NCBI GenBank assembly: GCA_964394965.1
Contig: CAYMZV010000002.1
Span: 1-46,693 of the forward strand
Origin: an uncultured Chryseobacterium sp.
Lineage (GTDB): Bacteria > Bacteroidota > Bacteroidia > Palsa-965
Direction: 5' to 3'
Length of the DNA stretch: 46,693 nucleotides
Shown: positions 16,783-25,279 of the stretch, piece after piece
How positions within the stretch are numbered: position 1 is the stretch's first letter
Layout: each line of letters opens with the position of its first letter
Program-made: the position numbers and the translations under genes
Notes under the pieces: generated by a model
The model's database searches: none
The model's input: only the letters and a program-made list of their open reading frames with translations
What the model was told of the DNA's origin: nothing

Positions 16783-17928
16783 CTAAATAACAGGATAGGC
16801 TTGCGCAATCTTCGTTCCCATTTTATAATGCAATGTCCGTTGCGCCGTAAAACTCACGTTGCTTGACGCTTCAAACAGCACAATGATATCGGAACCGCCG
16901 AATTGAAAATAAGACAACTCTTCCCCTTTGCGAACCGTAACACCCACTTCAGCCGTAATGACAACGGAAGATACCTGACACATTCCTATCGGGAGAACCG
17001 CCACCAAACCGATTGGCGTATCCAACACAATCAATCCGCGGCTTTGTGCAAATTGGTAACCCGCAACATCCAACGAATCGAAATTCCTTTTCAGTTTCAG
17101 GGAATGTTTTCCGGATTTTTCTTTATCGGGCACAGCTTCCACTTCCAAATAAACCTGTCCCTGAATTGTCCTGGCTTCCAAAACCTTTCCACCAACCGGT
17201 GCATGTTGACGATGATAATCGGTAGGGCCGAGATAGGAATGCATGAACATTCCATTTTCAAAACGGTTTTTATATGGACTTCCCTCGAGCAATTCACTCA
17301 CTTTCCAATTCAGGTTTTTAACCGTTACATGAGAATCCGCACGTATTTCCCATTGCCCTCCGAATGTGGAATCGGCGGGCATGACGATGACCGATTGATC
17401 GGCAATTGCTGCAACAGGACGAAATCCGGGTTTGAAATGTCTTGCAAAAATCTGATTGAAAGTTCTCCATCCACCGTGAGGGCGCGTATATTCTTTCATA
17501 TTGTAATTCGGCGAATCGTAAAAAGTCTGTTCCGATTCTTTTGTCAATGATGCAGGTGTATCGAGAAAATCTCCAATCACATTTGCATATTTCACGAGCC
17601 ACTTTGAAAACGGTGTAAGTGGCAGCGCGTTGTTGTGTGGAATGATCTTATTCTGCAATGAAAAAACAGGTTCCTGATCGGCGATGAAATAAAATGCGCT
17701 GAGATGATCATTTACATTCTGTCCGGAAGAAAATTCCGTCGGCACCCAAAAAATGAATTCATTGATCCAATCCAAATACTGATCAAGGTTTTTTACGTCC
17801 GACAAAAACGGGACATTTTTAGCGTGTGCCTTCCTGATTGACTTTTCAAATTTATCTTTCCAATTGTTCGACTTGATCATCTTGATCAATTCTTCGACAA
17901 TGGGATGGTAAGTGTTTTTGGTGGACAT
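16783..17928 (-). CDS. Phosphatidylserine-decarboxylase-family (pyruvoyl-type) protein, long form with an N-terminal PSDC-like domain
   Basis: The C-terminal FQFGGSDIIVLFE matches the PSD self-cleavage GGS/LGST region. The N-terminal HPIVEELIKMIKSNNWKDKFE...LDQYLDWINEF resembles the PSD-associated domain. Confidence 0.75.
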   Translation of the reverse strand: MSTKNTYHPIVEELIKMIKSNNWKDKFEKSIRKAHAKNVPFLSDVKNLDQYLDWINEFIFWVPTEFSSGQNVNDHLSAFYFIADQEPVFSLQNKIIPHNNALPLTPFSKWLVKYANVIGDFLDTPASLTKESEQTFYDSPNYNMKEYTRPHGGWRTFNQIFARHFKPGFRPVAAIADQSVIVMPADSTFGGQWEIRADSHVTVKNLNWKVSELLEGSPYKNRFENGMFMHSYLGPTDYHRQHAPVGGKVLEARTIQGQVYLEVEAVPDKEKSGKHSLKLKRNFDSLDVAGYQFAQSRGLIVLDTPIGLVAVLPIGMCQVSSVVITAEVGVTVRKGEELSYFQFGGSDIIVLFEASSNVSFTAQRTLHYKMGTKIAQAYPVI

Positions 17929-17988
17929 ATTGGATGGGGGTTAGTTTTATTTGATTCCATGCAGCTAAGTCGATAGAAGCCTTGTTCA

Positions 17989-18057
17989 TAAAGTTTCACA
18001 CTTCCATTGATGGGAATGTTATACAACTTTGGAAATAAGTTACATGATTCACATGTC
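17989..18057 (-). promoter_or_regulatory. Composite stress-regulon promoter element, copy h (drives 17928 down to 14178)
   Basis: GACATGTGAATCATGTAACTTATTTCCAAAGTTGTATAACA, 20 nt, AAACTTTA. Confidence 0.6.
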
Positions 18058-18160
18058 CAAAGTGGGTTTGCCTGGAATGGAATTGGCAATTGCCATGGAC
18101 AAGATTTGAAATCCCGCCATTCAACCATTTCACGCATTCATGGCAACGAACAATTATTTA

Positions 18161-18835
18161 TCACTTATTCCTGGAAGAATTCTTGATATGGCCTTTCAAC
18201 AAAAAACTTTTTCCTGCAGCATCCATGTTTTGCTTGAAACCACCCGCCCCTGCCTTGATATTTTCCACCGCTCCTGCGAGATTTTTTGAAAAAGTTGTAT
18301 CCATCAGCAACATCCCGATTGTTCCTTTTCCCTCACGCACGTTGTTGCTGATCGCGGATAAATTCCCGGTAATGTTGGCTGAATTGTCGCTGGTGATTTT
18401 CAGCTTGAGGAGAATGTCATCCATGTTGATCGGAACCGCCGTTTGGATCAAGTCATTGTTTGCAATTTCCATTTTGCTTGCCGCTCCGGGAGAAATCACG
18501 ATTATCTTGTTTCCCATCAACCCATCCGAACCCACAATCGCCTTTGCATCTTTTTTTATGAACTTGCGTGAATTTGCATCAATCAACATATCCACTTGAA
18601 CGGAAGTATCGTTGAGTTGCGAAATATTTTCAACGATGCCAACCGTTATACCGGAGAATCGCACATTGTTCCCCACCTGCAATCCACTGATGTCCTTGAA
18701 GATTCCACGGATCGTGAAAGTGCTTCCGAATAACTGTTGACGCGAACCGATGAAATAAATCCCGGTGATCAACAGGAACAAACTCGTGGATACGAATATT
18801 CCCAATCGAATATTATTCCGTGCATTTTTTTTCAT
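18161..18835 (-). CDS. mlaD: MlaD-like MCE-domain protein
   Basis: N-terminal TM helix followed by an MCE domain (FKDISGLQVGNNVRFSGITVGIVENI). It follows the MlaE and MlaF genes. Confidence 0.8.
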   Translation of the reverse strand: MKKNARNNIRLGIFVSTSLFLLITGIYFIGSRQQLFGSTFTIRGIFKDISGLQVGNNVRFSGITVGIVENISQLNDTSVQVDMLIDANSRKFIKKDAKAIVGSDGLMGNKIIVISPGAASKMEIANNDLIQTAVPINMDDILLKLKITSDNSANITGNLSAISNNVREGKGTIGMLLMDTTFSKNLAGAVENIKAGAGGFKQNMDAAGKSFLLKGHIKNSSRNK

Positions 18836-18853
18836 GGTTTGATTTTTAAAAGA

Positions 18854-19582
18854 TTATTCGAAAAATGAGCGCACCCATTTGTCTTCCGATTTTACCAATT
18901 CCTGGAAAGTCCCCTCGGCAACGAATTTCCCTTCGTGAATGATGATGATGCGATTCGCGGTGATGCGCGCACATTCCACATCGTGCGTAATGATGATGGA
19001 GGATGTATTGTATTTTTTCTGTACATCCAGAATCAATCGGCTGATTTCCTTTGAGGTGATCGGATCCAATCCGGTTGTCGGTTCATCGTACAACATGATT
19101 TCCGGTTTTAAAATCAATGTCCGCGCCAAGCCTATTCTTTTTCTCATTCCGCCTGAAAGTTCGGAAGGCATTTTATCGATTGCATTTTCAAGTCCCACAT
19201 TCTTCAATTCCTCCATGACCAATGCATCCATTTCCACCCGTGTCATTTTTTTGTCGCCCCTCAATGGGAATTCAAGATTTTCCCTCACCGTCATCGAATC
19301 ATACAAAGCGGCACTTTGAAAAAGGAAACCGATTTTTTTCCGCACTGCATTCAATTCACCGGAATTCAAATCGGAAATGTTTTTCCCCAACACCGTCAAT
19401 TTCCCTTCGTCGGGATCAATCAATCCGACAAGACATTTTATCAAGACGGATTTTCCGCTTCCCGATTTTCCCAGGACAACCAGGTTTTCCCCCTTGTGCA
19501 TTTTCAAGTTGATATCGCGCAGCACCTGATTCCTGCCGAATGATTTTTTCAAATGTTCTATATCGACCACAACTTCTTCCAT
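18854..19582 (-). CDS. mlaF: ABC transporter ATP-binding protein, MlaF-like
   Basis: Walker A GKSGSGKS, signature LSGGMRKR and Walker B IMLYDEP are present. Trimmed to Met 19582, 1 nt after the MlaE stop. Confidence 0.9.
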   Translation of the reverse strand: MEEVVVDIEHLKKSFGRNQVLRDINLKMHKGENLVVLGKSGSGKSVLIKCLVGLIDPDEGKLTVLGKNISDLNSGELNAVRKKIGFLFQSAALYDSMTVRENLEFPLRGDKKMTRVEMDALVMEELKNVGLENAIDKMPSELSGGMRKRIGLARTLILKPEIMLYDEPTTGLDPITSKEISRLILDVQKKYNTSSIIITHDVECARITANRIIIIHEGKFVAEGTFQELVKSEDKWVRSFFE

Positions 19583-19583
19583 T

Positions 19584-20420
19584 TCATTTCCCGAATAAGC
19601 TCGTGAGTTGGACCGCAACCATATCGATTATGAAAACCAATAATGAGGCGATGACAACCGCAGCATTTGCCGCCTTGCCCACACCTTCTGTTCCCTTGTT
19701 TGAATTGTAGCCTTTGTAACAACCGATCAATCCGATTGCGAATCCGAAGAAAAAAGTTTTGGTGATGGCGGGAAATAAATCCTTGAAATTCAATGCCGCG
19801 AAAACCTGTGAAAAGAACAAATGAAAACTCACATCGCCTTTCAGGTTCACACCGACATAAGAACCGTACAATGAAATTGCATCGGAAACAATTGCCAAGG
19901 CGGGAATCATCAATGTCGCCGCAGCAACCCGTGTGACAATGATATATTTGACCGGATTGATTCCGGAAACTTCCATCGCGTCGATTTGTTCGGTCACTTT
20001 CATCGATGCCAATTCCGCACCGATTCCCGAACCCACTTTGCCCGCGCAAATCAATGCCGTAATCACCGGACCGATTTCCCTGACGATGGAAACCGCAACC
20101 ATTGCCGGCAGCCACGACTCAGCGCCGAATTGCGCAAGTGTTGGCCGCGATTGAATCGTCAATACCAAACCCATGATGAATCCGGTGATTGCCACCAATG
20201 GAAATGATTTGTAACCGATCAAATAGCATTGCTTCAACAGTTCCCTGAATTCATAAGGGGGCTTGACCGCTTCCCTGAAAAACCGTGCGGTAAAGATGGA
20301 GATCGCTGCGACTTCCATAAAAAAGGATTTGAGTGCAGACATAAAATAATTGTCCACAATTTCTTCCGGATCATCTTCAATCCTATCCTTTTTTGAATCC
20401 GCTGCGCTTTCCATTTCCAA
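19584..20420 (-). CDS. mlaE: MlaE-family ABC permease
   Basis: FFREAVKPPYEFRELLKQCYLIGYKSFPLVAITGFIMGLVLTIQ is a typical MlaE N-terminal region. Multiple TM helices follow. Confidence 0.85.
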   Translation of the reverse strand: MEMESAADSKKDRIEDDPEEIVDNYFMSALKSFFMEVAAISIFTARFFREAVKPPYEFRELLKQCYLIGYKSFPLVAITGFIMGLVLTIQSRPTLAQFGAESWLPAMVAVSIVREIGPVITALICAGKVGSGIGAELASMKVTEQIDAMEVSGINPVKYIIVTRVAAATLMIPALAIVSDAISLYGSYVGVNLKGDVSFHLFFSQVFAALNFKDLFPAITKTFFFGFAIGLIGCYKGYNSNKGTEGVGKAANAAVVIASLLVFIIDMVAVQLTSLFGK

Positions 20421-20429
20421 TAATTAAAA

Positions 20430-20903
20430 TCAGTTCAGGTATCTTCTCAGAATCCACGAAATCGTTTCGTGTTGTTCCATGAGTCCGGTAAGGAAATCCG
20501 CAGTTCCCGCATCGTTGAACTTTGTAGAACATGTTTCAATGTCTTTTCTCAGTTCGGTGATTATGGTTTCGTGATCTGCCAGGAGTTCCTTGATCATGTC
20601 TTTCGAGGAAAGATACTTTCCGGGCGATTCTTTCAGTGATGATAATTTTGAAAATTCCTGCATGGTTGCGATCGTCTTGCCACCCAATTTCCCAATGCGT
20701 TCGGCAACCTCATCAATCGATATTTCCAATTGTGAATATTGACCTTCAAACAATTTGTGGAGTTCCATGAAACTTTCACCGGTTACATTCCAATGCGATT
20801 TTCTTGTCTTGATGTACAATACCATTTCATTGGCCAATACAGTTGAAAGGAGAGTGATGCCATGTTTCAGGTTTTTTTCTGCAATACCGATGTTCGGTTT
20901 CAT
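20430..20903 (-). CDS. dps: Dps family DNA-protection / ferritin-like protein
   Basis: LLSTVLANEMVLYIKTRKSHWNVTGESFMELHKLFEGQY and DEVAERIGKLGG are present. Confidence 0.9.
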   Translation of the reverse strand: MKPNIGIAEKNLKHGITLLSTVLANEMVLYIKTRKSHWNVTGESFMELHKLFEGQYSQLEISIDEVAERIGKLGGKTIATMQEFSKLSSLKESPGKYLSSKDMIKELLADHETIITELRKDIETCSTKFNDAGTADFLTGLMEQHETISWILRRYLN

Positions 20904-20921
20904 ATTGATTGTGTTTGTCGG

Positions 20922-21221
20922 TTAATTTATTTTACTTGATTGGTTCCCTGTGAATGTCAATTTTTCATTTGCCGGTTTTTCATAATCCAGCTTGCCCCAT
21001 TTTATCCTGTCCCAGATCCTCTCATGGAAAAAATAACCGACCGTCGTATAGACATTGCTGACCAACATAAAACCCAATGCGATTTTCAATTGTCCCGTGA
21101 ATAAATAAATCGACGTGAAATCGAGTAGCAGGATAATCGTCCTGTAACTGACGGTTTTTACAATGGATCTGCGAAACGTTTCATCGCCATGGTGTTTGCG
21201 GGGAATGAATTGCTCGATCAT
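20922..21221 (-). CDS. DUF2061 family membrane protein
   Basis: ETFRRSIVKTVSYRTIILLLDF...YFFHERIWDRIKWG. Trimmed to Met 21221, which overlaps the upstream stop (ATGA). Confidence 0.75.
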   Translation of the reverse strand: MIEQFIPRKHHGDETFRRSIVKTVSYRTIILLLDFTSIYLFTGQLKIALGFMLVSNVYTTVGYFFHERIWDRIKWGKLDYEKPANEKLTFTGNQSSKIN

Positions 21222-22303
21222 TTTTTTTGTTTGATAAAGGAAAACCTTGAAGTGGTGGGAACAATATTTCCCAATAGGAATCCCCACGGTTTCAATGAAT
21301 CAATGTGATCGAAAATAACCTTGATGATGGCAGTCAGCGGAATGGACAGGAACATTCCCGGAATTCCCCACAATGCGCCACCGACAAAAACGACGACGAT
21401 TGAAATGAGAGCATTCAATTGCACCCTTTTTGCAACCACATGCGGAATGATGAAATGATTGTCGATGAACTGGATGAATAAATAGACAGCAAGAACGAGT
21501 AGCGGATAAGTGGATGAATCCTTTGTGACAAATGCAATGATCATCGGCAAGGCGATTGCAATGATTCCACCGATATAAGGAACGATATTCAATATGGCTC
21601 CAGTAATTCCGAGAATGATTGCATATTGGATACCGAGCAATAAAAGGCCGACAGAATTCAAGACAGCCATGATCAGCATTTCAAAAAAGAGTCCGACGAG
21701 ATAACTCTGGATAATTGTTTTGGTACTCGTGAGCACTTCCACAACAACTGCATGATGTTCGCTCTTGAAAAGTTTTCGGACGAATTCCAGCAAAAGTGTT
21801 TTATAAAATAAAATCATGAATATGTATACCGGAAGCAGCATTCCAACGAGAAGTATCCTTCCCGCTTCAGAAATTTTTTCCCCGATGCCGATATTCCCAA
21901 TCGCATCCATCTGGCTTTCCTTTATCCAAGTTGTGATCTTGATTGGGCGGATGTTGAATTTATCGGAAGCCCACTGGGTCAGGTTATCGCTTGTCAAATC
22001 GAATTTCTCTTTCAGTTGGGGATACGTTTCGCTGAACATGGTCACTTGCGAAGAGATAATGTAGAAGATGAAAAGGATAACAACGAGCGCCAGAAAAACC
22101 GCGAGTGAAATGGCAATGACCTTGTTTATCTTTTTCGAAACCAAGAAATTCACGATCGGATTGAGGAGGATGGCGACAATGGTTGCGTAAAGAATGGGAA
22201 CAATGATTTTCTGACCGATATACAATGTGTATACAAATGCAAACAGTCCAACAAATATCAAGGCAACCTTTGCATAAAACGGTATTTTGGCTTGAGTTTC
22301 CAT
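21218..22303 (-). CDS. AI-2E family transporter (PerM/UPF0118)
   Basis: 361-aa polytopic protein with NIVPYIGGIIA and IIPHVVAKRVQLNALISIVVVFVGGALWGIPGMFLSIPL. Confidence 0.85.
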   Translation of the reverse strand: METQAKIPFYAKVALIFVGLFAFVYTLYIGQKIIVPILYATIVAILLNPIVNFLVSKKINKVIAISLAVFLALVVILFIFYIISSQVTMFSETYPQLKEKFDLTSDNLTQWASDKFNIRPIKITTWIKESQMDAIGNIGIGEKISEAGRILLVGMLLPVYIFMILFYKTLLLEFVRKLFKSEHHAVVVEVLTSTKTIIQSYLVGLFFEMLIMAVLNSVGLLLLGIQYAIILGITGAILNIVPYIGGIIAIALPMIIAFVTKDSSTYPLLVLAVYLFIQFIDNHFIIPHVVAKRVQLNALISIVVVFVGGALWGIPGMFLSIPLTAIIKVIFDHIDSLKPWGFLLGNIVPTTSRFSFIKQKK

Positions 22304-22325
22304 TCTTTCTTTTCAGGATTATTTT

Positions 22326-22904
22326 CTAGAAGTGAACAGCCAAACCGAAAGTGGAAATGCCTGTTGAGAGATCAAGGAACAATCCCACTTTTTGATTCAA
22401 GTGATATTCGGTTCCGATGTGACCGTCGAGATACAATCCGCTTGAACTGTGATCGACAACGGTTGTCTCTCCATAATAACCGGTTTCCCAGGTTGTCCTG
22501 TGAATTGCAAATCCCAATGAAGCGGCGAGATAAAAATCCCATTTCGAACCGGCGTGCAACAGTTGATCAAAATAATAGGAACCTTTCACTCCAACGGGAA
22601 CGACCGTTTCGCGATAGGAATAATTCCTGTATGGATAATTCGGATTTCCCCAGTAATAATAATCCTGATAGGAATAAATGGTGACGAATGGCGCAAGTGT
22701 AAAATTCCGTGCAACATTGAATTCATAATCGGCATGAATGACAGGAATGGAATGTCCGACATATCCATAATAACCGATTCCCAATCCGATGTTCAACGTA
22801 TTTCCGTATGATTCGGAAGCTGCAGGTGTTTTTGTATCCTGAGCGGAAACCGAAATGCTGAAAACAGCGAAAGAGATGAATGAAGCAAGCAATAATTTTT
22901 TCAT
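22326..22904 (-). CDS. Small outer-membrane beta-barrel (porin-family) protein
   Basis: Signal peptide MKKLLLASFISFAVFSISVSAQD, alternating aromatic/Gly strands, and a C-terminal ...FGLAVHF. Confidence 0.7.
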   Translation of the reverse strand: MKKLLLASFISFAVFSISVSAQDTKTPAASESYGNTLNIGLGIGYYGYVGHSIPVIHADYEFNVARNFTLAPFVTIYSYQDYYYWGNPNYPYRNYSYRETVVPVGVKGSYYFDQLLHAGSKWDFYLAASLGFAIHRTTWETGYYGETTVVDHSSSGLYLDGHIGTEYHLNQKVGLFLDLSTGISTFGLAVHF

Positions 22905-22987
22905 GGGACGTTTTTATTTATTTAATGATTCGGCCTTGAATGATATTTTCATGACCCGATTTTTTCAGTGAATGAATTTTCACAGGC

Positions 22988-23056
22988 CAAAGGTGAATCG
23001 AACCGTTCGCGTGCCTGTTACACAACTTTGTCAATATGTTACAACATTCACACATT
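22988..23056 (-). promoter_or_regulatory. Composite stress-regulon promoter element, copy i (drives 22904 down to 18161)
   Basis: AATGTGTGAATGTTGTAACATATTGACAAAGTTGTGTAACA, 20 nt, CACCTTTG. Confidence 0.65.
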
Positions 23057-23084
23057 GCATGCTGTTGCATCAAAACAAAATCAA

Positions 23085-24230
23085 CTAATGCGGTTTTGAC
23101 CCATGCGATTGTGATCGCGGCTGCGGTGATTGTTTGGGTTGCGATTGTGGTCTTGATTGCGGCTGCGACTGCGGCGGTTGTTGTGCTGGTTGTTGTGGAG
23201 TTGGTTCTTGTTTAGGTTGTGGTTGTTGCTGCGGTTGCGCTGATGGCTGTTGCTTTGGTTTAGGTTGTTGTGGAGTTGGTTGCTGTTTAGGTTGCGGTTG
23301 TGGATTTTTCTGCTGAGGCTGGCTGACCGGAACAGGTTCCTTTTTCTGTTGTGTCTGTGGTTTATTCTGTTGTGGCGATTGTGCCGGTGGATTTGCCTTG
23401 TTCGCTTGCGGTTTGGCGGTTTGATTGGGCGCTTCCGCTTTTTTCTGTTCAACGGTTTTCACATCTTTCGCATCGACCACTTTTGCCGGTGCCGGCTTCG
23501 TTCCAGCTGCATCATTTTTTTGAACTTGCGGTTTGTATATTTCAAGTTGGTTATTGTTCATTTTCTGTTCATGCGTGGCGCTTTCCTTGACGACAACAGG
23601 TGTGATCGTTTTTCCCATGTGTTTTTCCACTTCTGTTTTATCGGGACCGCCATTATAATTTACATGTGTTGAATTGTCCGTGCGTGGATTATTGATAACC
23701 GTTGATTTGTTAATGATCGTTGTATTGGTCGTCGTATTGACATAATAATTATTGATGGTCGTACTTCCAAAATGATTGTTGTCCACAAATCTCCAATCCT
23801 CGTCGCGATGATGATACGAACCCGGTCCCATTGCACACCATCCATAATATCCATCCGAAACTCTCCAATCCACCCAGCCCGGTCCCCACTCATTGTCGGG
23901 AACCCAAATCGGTCCATACATTGCATCGTAGTACCATCTTCCATAATGGAAAGGCGCCCATCCCCATGCATAATCGGAAACCCACGTCCATCCGTAATCG
24001 GTATAGACCCAATAACCGTTTGTTGCATAAGGTGAAAATCCGGGACCTGCATCCGGGACCCAAACATATCCGTAAGTTGGATTGTTCATCCACGTACCAT
24101 AGGGACTCAAGTCATCATAGAAAACCTGAAAACTCACTGACCCTCCCTGTGCTCTCGCTTGAGGCGGCGCCATCCATGAAAAGAAATCGATGATCATGAA
24201 TAGGGCAACTATTTTAGCTGGGATTTTCAT
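23085..24230 (-). CDS. Secreted W/Y/G-rich repeat protein (YxWGxW-type) with a long P/Q-rich tail
   Basis: Signal peptide, then YGYVWVPDAGPGFSPYATNGYWVYTDYGWTWVSDYAWGWAPFHYGRWYYD. The C-terminal ~130 aa are low complexity (PQQNKPQTQQKKEP...PQPKQQPTPQQPKPKQQ). Confidence 0.7.
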   Translation of the reverse strand: MKIPAKIVALFMIIDFFSWMAPPQARAQGGSVSFQVFYDDLSPYGTWMNNPTYGYVWVPDAGPGFSPYATNGYWVYTDYGWTWVSDYAWGWAPFHYGRWYYDAMYGPIWVPDNEWGPGWVDWRVSDGYYGWCAMGPGSYHHRDEDWRFVDNNHFGSTTINNYYVNTTTNTTIINKSTVINNPRTDNSTHVNYNGGPDKTEVEKHMGKTITPVVVKESATHEQKMNNNQLEIYKPQVQKNDAAGTKPAPAKVVDAKDVKTVEQKKAEAPNQTAKPQANKANPPAQSPQQNKPQTQQKKEPVPVSQPQQKNPQPQPKQQPTPQQPKPKQQPSAQPQQQPQPKQEPTPQQPAQQPPQSQPQSRPQSQPKQSPQPRSQSHGSKPH

Positions 24231-24483
24231 TGCGGTGTTTTGGAATTGAATAAACTTGTCTATGTTGTTTTGGCACTGCCGGATGTTCCATTATATAATT
24301 GTTCAACATCAGTTTCAACGAATCGTAATATGACTTCAAATTCGCGAGTGTTATCTCGGGATTTTTTTCATCCGGAATAGTCACACTCATCTCCTCGAGA
24401 TACTTCGACAACTCAGGATACTTATCCTTTATTATCATTGTGATTTTCAGGATTTGTGCGTTCAAGTCGCTTTCGGTTTCCAT
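24214..24483 (-). CDS. Hypothetical protein (89 aa)
   Basis: ORF in an operon-like series with no recognisable motif. Confidence 0.45.
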   Translation of the reverse strand: METESDLNAQILKITMIIKDKYPELSKYLEEMSVTIPDEKNPEITLANLKSYYDSLKLMLNNYIMEHPAVPKQHRQVYSIPKHRNENPS

Positions 24484-24493
24484 AACGTTTTCC

Positions 24494-24805
24494 TTAAAGG
24501 AAAATGATCAGCAACAAAATGATGATGATGAGTGCACCCACTGAAATGTAAATGCCTCCCGGACCATTGTGTGTCTGTTTATCCGTCGAACGGATTTCAT
24601 TGCGCATGGCACTTTTTTCCGCGCGGCTCAATGAGGAATGCTCGATTGCCTTGATTTCGTTTGACCCCGTCAACAGAATTGTTTTCGATGAAGCCGAGTT
24701 CGTCGGCAATTCGGTTTGGTTGATTGCATCTGTTGCTTTTGCTGCATTCGGAATGAATGCAAAGGCAAGCAGGCTTGTGAATGAACACAGGATTACTTTT
24801 TTCAT
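24494..24805 (-). CDS. Hypothetical protein with a signal peptide and a C-terminal TM anchor
   Basis: MKKVILCSFTSLLAFAFIPNAAKA ... GGIYISVGALIIIILLLIIFL. Confidence 0.55.
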   Translation of the reverse strand: MKKVILCSFTSLLAFAFIPNAAKATDAINQTELPTNSASSKTILLTGSNEIKAIEHSSLSRAEKSAMRNEIRSTDKQTHNGPGGIYISVGALIIIILLLIIFL

Positions 24806-24827
24806 AATATTGATTTTTATTTTTTCG

Positions 24828-24983
24828 TTAAACGATTTTGTCTCCCCTGATCAGGCGAAGCAATACTGCAACCAAGGCAAGGACAAGAAGGATATGAATC
24901 AATCCCCCTGCATTATAACCCAAGTATCCGATCGCCCACAGAATCACCAGGATTACTGCGAACACATAAAGTAGATTTCCCAT
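24828..24983 (-). CDS. lmo0937-family mini membrane protein (51 aa), copy 1
   Basis: Not in the ORF track (too short). The reverse strand reads MGNLLYVFAVILVILWAIGYLGYNAGGLIHILLVLALVAVLLRLIRGDKIV, the characteristic two-helix lmo0937-type sequence. Confidence 0.75.
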   Translation of the reverse strand: MGNLLYVFAVILVILWAIGYLGYNAGGLIHILLVLALVAVLLRLIRGDKIV

Positions 24984-25034
24984 GGTTTTTGTTTTTAGGT
25001 TAGGTGAACCTGTTCATTCGGCACTGCATTTTTT

Positions 25035-25109
25035 TCAGCGCGGATCAGGGATGAAAACGGATGCAAATGCAACCAGGATTGTGAATGAACGCAGGATTGT
25101 TTTTTCCAT
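25035..25109 (-). pseudogene. Truncated duplicate of the 5' end of 24494..24805
   Basis: MEKTILRSFTILVAFASVFIPDPR then a stop, compared with MKKVILCSFTSLLAFAFIPNAAKA. The DNA similarity includes the shared string GTGAATGAAC(A/G)CAGGATT. Confidence 0.55.
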
Positions 25110-25279
25110 AACGTTGCTTTTATTTTTCTGTCAAATGATTTTACCTCCGCTGATCAATCTCAGTCAACGCTCAATTCAAATTTAAAACAGGAGAGAACCG
25201 GTCGATTGCATTATTCGTTACCATGACACATTCTGTCGTTTGCCTGATGAAAAATCCGGATATCTTGAATTGAATTGCG

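Noticed and set aside
17886-18137. An 83-aa ORF spanning the PSD-operon promoter region
   Set aside because: It covers the motif, the spacer and the -7-like box of copy h, and it overlaps the start of the PSD-like gene. It has no coding features.
19558-20115. A 185-aa minus-strand ORF overlapping the MlaE and MlaF genes in another frame
   Set aside because: It is an alternative frame of a well-supported MlaE CDS. Its composition (G/R/C-rich) is typical of out-of-frame translation.
23081-23672. Track ORFs 23081..23452, 23134..23316, 23250..23672 and 23351..23590
   Set aside because: These frames stay open only because of the low-complexity P/Q-coding DNA of gene 23085..24230. Their products are homopolymer-like.
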